This document shows, in pieces, positions 1-12,300 of a stretch of DNA of 64,000 nt. Position numbers and translations under genes: made by a program. Under the pieces are notes generated by a model. The model had not been told where the DNA came from. It saw only the letters and a program-made list of their open reading frames with translations, and made no database searches. Source of the stretch: Octopus bimaculoides (Eukaryota); assembly GCF_001194135.2 (NCBI RefSeq), contig NC_068983.1, forward strand, positions 69,502,745 through 69,566,744, in the 5' to 3' direction. Within the stretch, counting starts at the first letter, position 1; every line of letters starts with the position of its first letter.

Positions 1-268
1 TATAATCAGGGCAGCGCAAAAAGTTGTTTTGCACAAGCATTTGTATAGCCAATTACACGGATGAAATTTACGTATGCTTAATAATTTTACGCAAAACAGC
101 CTTCAGACTTTCCCTATTAATTTCATCGTCTTTTGAATTATGAACATATTTACATCATAAGGGTTTTTTCGTTGTAAGGCTTTCTTTTTTAGTTGATTTT
201 CAGCTAGCAAGACTTATCGTAGATGGCATAATAAGTCACACCCGGACAAGGTTGGGTTATACTGCTAG
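1..268 (+). mobile_element. 3' end of a non-autonomous Helitron-like element
   Basis: Ends with the imperfect hairpin acccggacaaggttgggt, then tatactg CTAG|T. Same terminal design as 26568-26596. Confidence 0.55.
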
Positions 269-300
<32 letters not shown>

Positions 301-958
301 TGCATGTATATGGTAATTGCCCCATTTTCACTGGTGATTGCTGCCCCCTTGTGCTTCCTTGTTTTCAAAGGCATTTCTGACCTCATGGATGGCTTCAGTC
401 CTGCTGCAGATTTGCATTGTTTGAAGCTTAGGTGACAGAAACAAAAGTTGTAACACACCGTGTGCTTCCAACTGGTTAGGTCTGGTCTGCACATGTTACC
501 ACTCTTCAATTACGATAGGACTTTCAGTAGATGGAATAACATGAGGTCACCATAAAGATACATCTGTATGCCATTGGATTACAGCGATAAATGTTTATAC
601 AACATGAGTACCACTCATTGAGTCTCTGTGGTTAGTAACTGGTGACAAGCCAAAGTGAAATGACTAGTAATCACATGAAACTGCAAGTTTTACGTCTCTG
701 TCTCACTCCTAGAAGGATGCTGTAGCAACAGCTAGGGGTCCCTCACTCCCAGTGGTTTTACTGTGCACTCTTACTCCAAACATAGCCACTTCTGTGTCTA
801 GATAGATTGTCATCACAAATGCTAGTTACTGCATAGCTGGGATCCTGACAGTTGCTACACTCAGAGTCAGAGTGGACCCGGAAACATTTGTGGCTAACTC
901 CCGAGTTAGAGCAACACTACTGGGTGCAATTTAAAAACATATCTTCAGGACATGTATT

Positions 959-1012
<54 letters not shown>

Positions 1013-1485
1013 TGTGTATAGAATGCTTGAAGTGGTATACAGATAATGTATATGAGAAAAAGGAGGCAGTCAGCATTTTGGATAATTCTGTATTAACACT
1101 TTCGTTCGTTAACCAAAATCTCCAAGACAAAAATTAATACCAAAATTATGTTTGGTTTTAATTTTTCTCAATATATATGCAAACATACATCCATGAAAGT
1201 ATGGAAAATTGGATGTTAAAACAATGATGATGATGATAAAAAAACACTAAATGCAAGTGGTTTCTAAGTTGTTGAAGGAGTTAATGTTCTTTAGTCTTAT
1301 TGAGAGCAAGGCAGCCTCTATAGTGCTGGTGCCATAAAAAAAAATTACATCCAGTACACTCTGTGAAGGGGTTGGTGTTAGGAATGGCATTGAAGCAAGA
1401 AATAGTTTTCCATCCTGTTGAAACATCCAACTCATGCTGGCATATAAAATGACAATCTTGATGATGACAAATATATATCTCTCTG

Positions 1486-1524
<39 letters not shown>

Positions 1525-1896
1525 CTATCTATCTATCTATCCGTCTCTATCTATCTCTTTATTTCTCTATCTATCTATTTATCTGTCTGTCTAATTTCTG
1601 TCTATCTATCTATCTATCTGTCTCTATCTATCTTTCTATCTATCTATGTGTATATGTGTGCATGTGTGTATTAATTTTTGTGAGATGGTGGACTCACCTG
1701 TTATAAACAACAGGTGAGGGTTCCGTGATTTCTTGCTGAGCAACCTGCAGAGAGGATTTGTTTGTTGTGATCAAATGTTTATATACTGTACCTTAGCTCA
1801 CTACTCTTATCAAATTGAAATTGCTTGTATCGGTGCATGATGTGCCATATTTGAGGTGTGGAAGTGATTTGTATGTAGGTATATATGTATATATAT

Positions 1897-2020
1897 GAAA
1901 GAGCACATGAGAGGCATCACTTCTCTGTCACAATAAACAGCTTCACCTGCAGCAGATGTTATCGCTGCTGCAGATCAAGAGCAGGCCTTGTTGTTCACAT
2001 GCAAGCCTGCCAGAAATTAT
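1897..2020 (+). mobile_element. RTE-type LINE ORF2 C-terminal zinc-finger remnant
   Basis: Frame from 1897 reads ...SFTCSRCYRCCRSRAGLVVHMQAC, the C2H2/C2HC-like tail typical of RTE-BovB ORF2. Confidence 0.6.
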
Positions 2021-2189
2021 TACTGAACGAGAACAGTCAATGTTGACAGCTGACGACAATATATGTTTGTATGTCTATCTTTATGTATGTATGTGTATAT
2101 GTATGTATGTGTGTGTATATATATATATATGTGTGTGTATATGTATGCATGTATGTATGTGTATATGTATGCATGTATGTATGTGTATA

Positions 2190-2915
2190 TGCGATTTAAG
2201 GACTGTTTCAAGTCCTCATTAAAGGCCTGTGATATACAGGAGACTGACTGGAAAGCAGTGCATGTCATCACCACAGATGGAGGAGACAGGTTAAAGAGGT
2301 GTAAACTCCTTCGAAAAAGCACTGCTTTCAAGTCGGTCTCCTGTATATCACAGGCCTTTAATGAGTGAAAGGCAGATTGTATGATGCTTGTGTGTAAACA
2401 GCTATGCTACATGGCCATGGAACATTGCCTGTGACTGCAGAGGACATGCGAAGGTTTGAAAGAATGAAGCTAGTATGCTTCACTGGATGTGCAATATGAC
2501 AGAGTGTAAATGTCTTGAGAGAAAAATTGGATATAAGCAGCATCGGATATAGTGAGCAAGAGAGAAGACCTTGCTTGTATGTGCAAGTACAGATATGTGA
2601 AGAAGTGCCAGAGTCAAGAAGACACGGGATGAGGTGGTGAAGTCTGATCTGTGGATGTTGATTCTCACGGAGGCAATGACAAGTGACTGAGACCTTTGGT
2701 GATTTGGTGTGCTTAAGAAAACATGTCAAGTCAAGTGAGATTGTAGTTGTGGCCTGTGCTGGTTACACATGTGGAGTGGTTGGCATTAGGAAAGGCATCG
2801 AGCCATAGAAACTAATCTGACACAAACTGGAACCTGGTGCAGCTCTCTGGCTTATCATTTCCAGTCAAACTGTCTAACCTATGCCAGCATGGAAAACAGA
2901 TGCTAAATGATGATG
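2190..2915 (+). mobile_element. RTE LINE 3' fragments (RFKDCFKSSLKACDIQETDW; decayed C-terminal region; 3' UTR ending in GAT repeats)
   Basis: Peptide resembles the RTE post-RT region. The downstream part is homologous to the better preserved copy at 13970-14980. Confidence 0.65.
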
Positions 2916-3020
2916 AAGCAGGTAGTTTAGTTGATTGTATCGCATAATCCTCATAATAGAATGATGATGGAGATCCATCACCTCCATATACATTCATATA
3001 TATATATATGTGTGTGTGTG

Positions 3021-3063
<43 letters not shown>

Positions 3064-3239
3064 GTGTACTAAAAAGCAGTGCATAGTACCAGAATTTTTG
3101 ACTCTAGTCAAATATAACAGACTACTTGCAATTGTTAGAGTATCCATATTGCAATCTGTACTGGCATTGAGTCATATGTATTGCAATCATGGAGTGAAAC
3201 CAGATAGTCATATTCAAAATATTATTTGGTTTGACCTTC

Positions 3240-3552
3240 CTGGCACATGCAAAGACATTCGAGCGAGATCGTTGCCAGTGCCACTCGACTGGCTCCTGTG
3301 CAGGTGGCATGTAAAATACACCATTTCGAGCGTGGCCTTTGCCAGTACCGCCTGACTGGCCTTCGTGCCGGTGGCACGTAAAAGCACCCACTACACTCTC
3401 TGAGTGGTTGGCATTAGGAAGGGCATCCAGCTGTAGAAACTGCCAAATCAGATTGGAGCCTGGTGTAGCCAAATGGTTCACCAGTCCTCAGTCAAATCGA
3501 CCAACCCATGCTAGCATGGAAAGCGGACGTTAAACGATGATGATGATGATGT
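3240..3552 (+). mobile_element. RTE-derived 3' UTR repeat (other copies: 4130-4370 +, 12780-12990 -, 28350-28900 -, 36340-36500 -, 42070-42245 -, 44415-44550 +, 45565-45906 +)
   Basis: Shared block ttaggaagggcatccagctgtagaaac...caacccatgctagcatggaaagcggacgttaaacgatgatgatg recurs at least 9 times. Confidence 0.85.
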
Positions 3553-4912
3553 ATATATGTATGTATGTATATCATTAGTAGTTCATGTATCCAATAAAGA
3601 AGCACACTCTAAAGCATTAGAGCCGTAATGTATTTTTTAGGAAGTTAATGTTATGGATAGTCGTAGAGTAACCATCGGTTTCCCTCCTATAAAGTGCTTA
3701 GCTGTATAGGTGACTTGTCAAATGCAAAATCTTGAATCAGACAAATCGCCAATACTGCTAAACATTATAGGTGTGAAATCAATGTTCACTCTATGACTGG
3801 CCTTAACTACTTTTAACTTCCTAAAATATATATATATATATATAATTGGATACTGGATTCTAGGTTTCTGGTCGTAACTTTTTATAGGATTGCAACTTTT
3901 TTCCTTGCAGTTGGTATTTTGTGCAAGTTCAATACTGCTGCAATACAAGTCCTTTCTATGAATGACTTTTCAAACTTTTTGCCTCATATACTCACTGCCT
4001 GTTAGAGAGCTTACTTGGCTTTTTATACTGGAATTTTATAATTGGTGGGTATCTCCTCTACAGCAAGACACCTAATCTTGTTCCTTCATTCTATTTTAAC
4101 TTCTCATCACCTTGCATAAAGCCACCTCTCTCAACACTGTACCTTCTTTGTTGTCAGTCTTGTCTTGAGAGTTACTAGTGAGATTATCTCACTAGTGCTG
4201 GTGTCATGAAATAGCACCTAATATGCTCTGTAATGTCGTTGGCATTAGGAAGGGCATTCAGCTGTAGAAACCATACCAAAACAAGCATCTTTTGGCTTAC
4301 TGGCTTCTGTCAAATTGTCCAGCCCATGCCAGCATGGAAAACAGTTGCTAAACAATGATGATGATGATGATGCCACCGCTACCCTCTGCTTTTTTCCAGA
4401 TGCCTGTGTTGTATCTTTTGCTGTAGGGAGTTCGCTCTTAAAATTTTATACCAGTTTCTATATTTTGACTGTTACATAGAAGAATATTTTTGTGTGCGTA
4501 CATTGGGTTTTTCAGTGTACAGTTTGGACAACCAGTCTATATGACTTAGAATAAGGATCTTCCGCATAATTAGTATGGTATTTTTATCTTCATGTCCTCC
4601 ATGGTCATAGAATTTATCCTGTTAGTCATTTTCAAGTGGTGACCATTTTAGTAATACACTTACAAGTGATGTGTCATTATGAATTATATTATACAGATTC
4701 TGACTCTGGTATTGCAATACATCTTTATGCATTTATGCATCCAACCTAGAATGTGTTAAAGCTCTAACAACCAACTTTAGCATTCGGGTTACTTTTATCA
4801 GCACACTGGTGTATTGTATCTAAACTTTGTTACAAGTTATATACATAAATGCATATCTATATCTCTCTCTATATATATTCTGTGCTAAATGAAGAAACGG
4901 TGATGAGCGAAA

Positions 4913-5126
4913 ATTCTGTAAATGGTAATGATTATAAGCCTTGAGCTTATAAGCGTTCACCATGTATTGGCTAGAGAAAATAGTCTAATATTGGGACATA
5001 TAAGCCCTTGACAGAAGAAAGTACTAATACTGTACCAAACCCATTTATGCCCCAATATTAGGCTATTTTTTTTAGCCAATACATGGTGATCACTTATAAG
5101 CTTATAATTATTATCATTTACAGAAT
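4913..5126. repeat. Palindromic MITE-like element, about 85-90-bp imperfect arms
   Basis: attctgtaaatg...tcaccatgtattggcta...ctaatattggg is mirrored by cccaatattag...tagccaatacatggtga...catttacagaat. Confidence 0.85.
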
Positions 5127-8100
5127 ATATATATAAGAGGTAGAGCTCTTAAATTCCTTGCAAGAGGTCACAGTGTTAGAGAAAATGAATAAATTATTAT
5201 TATATACACATCTGTGAGTAGACATTTGATATGAATATAAGGTGCAAATTAGGAATAATAGCTGGTGAATATATAAGTAAACAGGGTTGTAATTATCCAT
5301 TTTCTAGAGGTAATTGAATAGGTAGTTGTATTTTAGGGTTATTATTATGAATGGAAAATAGTTCAATATTTTTAAAAATATTGTAAGGGGAATTTTGCAA
5401 GGGAAAATATATGCAGTAGTTTAAAATTAATGTGTAAATATGTAGATAAAAAAAAAAAAAAACGGATCCAAGGGAATTGGTGATGGATTGCATTTGTAAG
5501 AATTGTATTTATTGGTGTAAAGTTAGTATGGTGTGAGGAGATGCTTCATACATTTCAGGCAAAGTACTTTTTTCGAGATGGAGTAAAGTCTGGTGTGTTC
5601 TTTCTGACTTTGGCCTGTCCCTCATTCAGAACAGAAAAACACATGTACTATATGGTTCTCTTCTCTTTAGAAGGACTTTCTGTCTGAAATACTAGAAATT
5701 TTCCCTCCCAGTGATATACTAATGTAAGTAATTTTATTTTATAACAATGTATAAACCTATATATAAAACATAATATCATATATGATATATTATATATATA
5801 TAACATAACATTAGAAATATATATATATATATATATATAACATGATGTATATATATGTATGTGTATGTGTATATATAACATAATATCATATATGGTATAT
5901 ATATACACACACACACATGTATATATAATGGATAAGGTTATTGAATTACTTAATTTTTTAAAAATCTTTTCTCAATCTGTGTTGAGATGTAATGTATATA
6001 AATATATATATAAGCATTAAAAAAACATTACATCAGTATACCGAAAATGAAAAAAAATAAACATTTCCAAATATTTGTATATGCTTGTTTATAGTGAATG
6101 TCCACTGAACTACCTTCAAAGTTTGAATATTGTTGCCATGAACTTTGCAGCAGTCACTTAATCTTCTTGACAAAAGTTTACAGCAAATTTAAGAAAATAA
6201 TAATCTTGCATTAATAAGAACAATATTAACATTGTTGGTTTAAAATTAATGTTGGACAGAATTAGTAATAAAATAATGTTAAACTGAAAAGGCTTTTCAT
6301 TTTATTTGACTTTGTTTTAAATATATTCTGTTCAAGCCTAATGTTTCAATACATTAGTTCTTGAGCAGTTCTTGTTATAATTAGGACTATATTATGTAAA
6401 TAGGTCCTTCTTAATAATTTGAAGTTTTTGGTTCTGTTGGTTGCAGGTTAAATGATCCCATAGAGCTTCCTCGGTGGTGTGGGATAAGTATATTAATAAA
6501 TCTGACAGTGAAAAGTATAGTATATTGATTCTCATTATTGTAAGAGCTAATCTGAAAAGTCTTTAGACTGGATGGTCACAAGAGCTGCTGTAAGCTGGTA
6601 AATATTCATTTCCACATTTCCATCAGAATCTGTTGAAGAACTGCAAGTGTTTGGTACCCTCAGTAAATGCACTACAGAAAAAAAAAAAGCTGAACGTGAA
6701 CATGACCCAAACCAAACTAAAGTAAGTATACGGCAGTATCATGGATTAAAGGCTTTGTTACTCTCAGATGCTGCTATGAAGTTGGTGAAAACAATGGAAT
6801 CACTGACAGGTTGACAAGAAACAATGGTTGGTGTATCAGCTGCACTGGAGTAGATTAAAGTGTGAGCTATCAACTGAAACTATGGAAACGTTTGGATGAC
6901 TTTCATAACTAAGATTTGTTGTTTAGTATCAAACTTGTCCTGATAATGTGGATATGTGATCAAAAGCATTCGTGCTATAATCATCCTGTTTTGTTGTCAA
7001 AGTGTATACTGGAATATATCATCCAATGTATCATTTCTTTAATATGTCAAGGTATAATTAACATCATTTTCCAGCATACAAGTTGAATTTTTCAGACCAA
7101 AATTTACACCAAAAGAGGTCAACTTATACAGCAAGACGATTTTGGAGAGCTAAAAATTCCATGTGAAATACAGCAGGATTTGAAAAGATTGTGATGATAT
7201 TTGAATGTTTATTCTATATGTTTTACACTACATACTACATTGAGTTGTATGCTGGAAAATATAGTTCTTGGCTGCTCTTTCTAACAGATCAAGAATCAGC
7301 AAAGAGACTTTCTTCACCATTGGTTTGTCATAGACCTGTTAACTGGGTGAAATTGTAGAACTTGTGGGATTGGTACTAGGCAAAGTGTCATGAAGTTATA
7401 CAGGGCTGCATTTTGAAAAAGAAAATTTTTTCCTTTTCATGAAAGGCATCCATTTTCACCTAATTTTCGGTATTTATTTCAAATCTATTCTTAGAACTTA
7501 CATATCATATCAATTGTTTACAGTAACATATTTTAAAATTTTAGCAATAAAGTGCATATGACATTCATACATTAGTCAAAGAGAAGTTCCAATAATATGG
7601 TATTCCTGTTTTATAGGAAGAGCTAACACTTTTCGCTTATATTTACTACATTAAGTTTATATTTATGAAAATCAGATACATTTTGGGAAAAAATAATTGG
7701 TTTCAAAATTTTGGCACAAGGCCAGCAATTTTATGAGATGGGGTAAGTCATTTTATTGACCCCTAAAGGATGAAAGGCAAAACTGACCTTAGCAGAAATT
7801 GATCTTGGAACACAAAAATGGACAAAATGCCACAAAGCATTTTGTCTGGTGTGCTACTGATTCTGCCAGCTAACTGCCTTCATTTTGTAAAAAGCATTAT
7901 TAAAAGGGTGGAATATTTTGTTACGAACATGTAATCATTCTTACATTAACCATCTAAAATGAGTAAAATACATCACATGTCTCTTAAGTTACTTATGTAA
8001 AAATAAATAGCATGACATTTAGAGAAGAAATGCATTATCCAACCTACAAAGTCTGTCTTGAACCTTTAAAAATGCTGAGTATGTGTAAAAACAAGATTGG

Positions 8101-8206
8101 TTTAGACTGCACACTGTTTAAGAGAACAGCTTTCTCTTTTTTGGCAGTTAAGCATGATCAGCACATATGCTCTACACTGAGCATTTCCATTACTCAACAA
8201 AACACT

Positions 8207-8428
8207 TTAACCCTTTAGCTTTCAGATTACTCTGTCAAATGTAATGCTTATTTTTTCACTTTGTTTTGAATTAATCATGCATTATCTAGTAGCTGCAAGA
8301 TTTTGATGATGTGATTGCTTACTTTTAAAATGATGTAGGGGAGGTGTGAGGGGTTGGATTTGACAAGTTTAACATAAAACAGCTTTTTTTGAGCCAGATA
8401 TGACTGGCATATATGCTAAATGGCTAAA
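8207..8428. mobile_element. piggyBac-like MITE family 1 (copies 10986-11213 and about 38134-38348)
   Basis: TTAA followed by CCCTTTAGC; the other end is GCTAAA(G/T)GG-(TT)AA-like. About 220 bp, three homologous copies. Confidence 0.7.
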
Positions 8429-8490
8429 CTAGCCTTTATACTGTCAAAGAAGTCACTGTTTGTCTGAATCATACCGACATGTCTATGCAT

Positions 8491-8716
8491 TTAATCCTTT
8501 TGATACCAACCTGGCTGAAACCGGCTCTGGCACTGAGTACAAATGTTTTGTTTTCATAAGTTTTGAATTAAAATCTTCCACCAAATCTTAGTCACAGTTT
8601 GTTCCTAATGCTAGCTTAATGATAACTAAGTTATTTTACTAAATTCTTTGTTAGATTTAAATTAATTGAAAGAAACACAGAGCAACTCAAAATAAATACA
8701 GTAACGAAAGGGTTAA
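8491..8716. mobile_element. piggyBac-like MITE family 2 (decayed relative at about 36960-37200)
   Basis: TTAA at both ends: ttaatccttttgatacc ... gtaacgaaagggttaa. Confidence 0.65.
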
Positions 8717-8939
8717 GAAGCCATTAGCATCATGATAGTAAACAATGTTATTTCCTACACTGAAGAACAGCAACAGATCATTTTTCTTTCGCTGAACAAA
8801 AATTCAATGTTGTTCTTAGGACCAGCTCCAAAGTTTCTGCCGAGATCACTAAAAGATCTAAATTGAACATTGTCTTTTAATTCAGACTGATTAGAGGATT
8901 TAGGTACCCTGGTATTTATTGTTGGCCCTCCATTGCTTA

Positions 8940-9302
8940 CGATGTCGAGGGTTCCAGTTGATCCAATCAACAAAACAGCCTGCTTGTGAAATTAACGTGC
9001 AAGTGGCTGAGCACTCCACAGACACGTGTACCCTTAACGTAGTTCTCAGGGAGATTCAGCGTGACACAGTGCAACAAGGCTGGCCCTTTGAATTACAGGC
9101 ACAACAGAAACAGGAAGTAAGAGTGAGAGAAAGTTGTGGTGAAAGAGTACAGCAGGGTTCGCCACCATCCCCTGCCGGAGCCTCGTGGAGTTTTTAGGTG
9201 TTTTCGCTCAATAAACACTCACAACGCCCGGTCTGGGAATCGAAACCGCGATCCTATGACCGTGAGTCCGCTGCCCTAACCACTGGGCCATTGCGCCTCC
9301 AC
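8940..9302 (-). mobile_element. tRNA-derived SINE, young full-length copy (octopus OK-like; name from memory)
   Basis: Minus strand starts gtggaggcgcaatggcccagtggttagggcagcggactcacggtcataggatcgcggtttcgattcccagacc, with Pol III A and B boxes. CpGs are retained. Confidence 0.8.
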
Positions 9303-12300
9303 TTCCCTGGTATTAGCAGATTGCATATAAGCTTCATCCGCAGTACTTCCCATCAAGCATGCAGGACTTAAGTTCATTAATAACAACCAAGTTACTAAGT
9401 ACAAGAATAAGAATTTTGATACAATGTAATACTAATCTTATGGATGAAAGCAGGTTTACGTAATCTTTTAGATTTGGTCTTGAAGTTATGTTCAGAAATC
9501 ACCACACAGAAACAACAATTTTCCAGATAATTTGTCTGCTCTTTGCAGACCATTGACACACCAAAGTTCATTCACTATGTTAATATTTGAACAGGTGATT
9601 TAAATTTACAGCGCATGATCAGGAGATAGAGTGAGGAGTCCATGGCTTGTTTTGATTCCCCATTTTTTTTCTCCTAAATGTGTGCTTATAACAAAATGTG
9701 TAACAAGTTGTCACTGCTTTGCTGTTGCAAAAGCTTCACAGCTATTACAGGCCTTAATTGCTTTTCCTATACTCACTAGTTGTAAGTAGCCATATTAAAT
9801 TATATCTTTAACTCAGTAATTACTGACAATTTTAAAAAATACAACATAAAATGTATGCTGGAGTCCCTGAAGCTTCAACCAACTAATGCTAAAAATATAC
9901 AAGGAAGCATAATGTTAGTATTGTAATGCAACTATCCTGTGGAAACAAACATACTTCTATAACATTTCAAAGTTTACAGCCTTATTCTTTATGAGATGGA
10001 ATTTATCTGTTTAACCTTTTCCAATTGTCATTTGATACTTTTTCTATCTTAACCATCTGAGACCTGGGCTCCTGTCTCTAACATTACCCTTCACCTGGGC
10101 TCCCGAAAAAAAGAAAAAAGTGGCATATACAGCTCAATAGTAACAATTACAGGCAAACAATGGACAGAATTGACTGCATTTTCTTTTTTTTACTTGAGTT
10201 GTCCATTACCGCTTTATTGAGAATACAGCAGAGATAATGTTTAACCCCTTCCTGTTGTAGTGGAAATACAGAGTGACAGGGTTACGAATGTATGTCAGTG
10301 ACTGTCTCTTTTTTAGGGAGTTAATGTGGAAAATGTTTCCTTATATTATGACTGTACTGTATGCTTTATAGTTGGGGTAGTTATCTGCTTATATTGTTAG
10401 CCTTATAGAAGAGCAATGGATACCAGTTAGCAGAACCATTAGAACATTGGACAAAATACCTGACAGATTTTATCCAGCTCCTTACATTCTAGGTTCCAAT
10501 CCAGCTAAGGTCAACTTTGCCTTTCATCTTTTCGGGTCTGATAAAATAAAGTACCAGTACTAGTAGAAAATACAGGGAATGATATAATTGAAAATGTTCT
10601 CAAAATTTCTGGCTTTATGCTAAAATTAGAAAGCAAGAATTATTAGGCATACTGAAGGCTGATGGATGGCAGAATCATTAGAGAATTGGACAAAACACAT
10701 AGCAGAATTTGTCCAAGTTCTATACATACTAAGTTCAAACCCTGCTATGGTTGATAAAGTGCAATCCAAGTATTGGGGTCGATGTAATCATTTTTTCCCT
10801 CCTCCAGTTAAGTCTTATTCTCTTATTCTGTCATCATCTCTAGGAGTTACAAGAGATTATCTCAGTTTTCAGAAAAAAACTTTTGTAGATATCTTTTGTG
10901 TTGCTTGTTTCAATCTTTGGACTGTGGCCATGCTGGAGCACCACCTTGAAGGGTTTAATTGAACAAATTGACCCCAGTACTTCTTTTAACCCATTAGTGT
11001 TTAAACCGTCCATATCTGGCTCAGATATTTTACCTGTTTTATGTTCAAACCAGCCAGATCCAGCCTCTCACACCTACCCTTTGATGTCATTCTAAAAACA
11101 AACAATCACATCTTTGAAATCTCAAAGCTACAAAATAATCCAGGATTAATTTTCAAAAATGCAAATAAAGAAGCGTTACATTTGACAAAGTAATCTGAAT
11201 GCTAAAGGGCGAAATCTGATGCTTATTCTCTCAATCTCTTTTTGCTAAACTGCTAAGTTAGGGGATGTAAACAAACCAACAATGGTTGTCGAGTGGGGTT
11301 GTGGAACAAACACTAACACAAAGACACACACACACAGTTACATAATCTATGTATGTACGTTTGTATGTATGTATACAGCAGGATCCTTTCAGTTTCCCTC
11401 TACCAAATCCATTCACAAGGTTTTGGTCAGCCTGGGACTATGGTGGAAGACACTTGTCGATAGTGCCATGCAGTGGGACTGAACCCAAGACCACATGGTT
11501 TGGAAGTAAGCTTCTTACCACACAGATATTGCCAGTGCCTATGTTGAATTTAAATTAATAGAATGATTTCAAATCTGAAATTAATACCATCACAAGTTTT
11601 CCGAAATTGTTAAAAGTAAGAATTTTTTCGTATCTCTGGTTTATGGTGTTTAGTAAATAAAGTTGACTTGTGAGATAAAAACTGAGGTCATATTTGGAAT
11701 CAGTGTGCCAAGATTAGACTAAAGCTGCCTTCACATTCAAAATAGCAAACTTGTAGACCAGTGTTATTTATGTTGATAGCAAGGGCACTCTTTATCTCTT
11801 TCTGTAGGCAAGACAGATTACATGAAGTAGGAAGTATAAACTGTGACACTATGACAGTAAAATATAGACATGTCTGCAGAAAAGACACAGAATGGAAAAG
11901 AGGAAAATAGAATAACGTCTGTAGGATTTGGATCATTAACTTAGGAGAAATGTAAAAGTACTACAAAGCATTTAGTCTCATCTTTCATTTCAACAGACTG
12001 ACTTCTGTTACGAATGTACATACACACACACACACACACACACATACACACGTGTGTGTGTGTGATTTTGTTGATAAATACATGCCTTAGATATAAAAAT
12101 GAATAAATGAATACCAAGAAAAACAACAAAGGAAACAAAGATTTAATATGAATATTTCATTTTTATATGAGGTAATTTGGACAAGGGTATCTGCATGATG
12201 TGTATGCCCTACTTTCAGTTTCCCTCTACCAAGTCCACTCACAAAGCTTTAGTCAGTCTGAGGCTATAGTAGAAGACACTTGCCTGAAGTGCCACATATA

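Larger units (their letters stand above)
900..3070. repeat. Microsatellite-rich tract: (TA)n, (CTAT)n at 1470-1650, (TATG)n at 2060-2190, (TG)/(CA)n at 3000-3060; similar tracts recur across the window
   Basis: Directly visible. These explain the low-complexity IY/HT/LSIY ORFs in the ORF track. Confidence 0.95.

Noticed and set aside
320-470. Minus-strand peptide MQICSRTEAIHEVRNAFENKEAQG, faintly like a CRE/R2-group RT segment
   Set aside because: Too short and degenerate to support without a search.
1692-1744. 47-nt minus-strand exon candidate with a perfect CAG|GTGAGT donor (VAQQEITEPSPVVYN)
   Set aside because: The donor is part of a 9-bp hairpin that makes a donor on both strands, amid transposon debris. 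No supporting neighbour exons; unresolved rather than supported.
3635-3826. Minus-strand exon-like frame RKLKVVKASHRVNIDFTPIMF...
   Set aside because: Bounded by a 14-bp inverted repeat (ttttaggaagttaa / ttaacttcctaaaa), so the apparent acceptor is more likely a MITE end.
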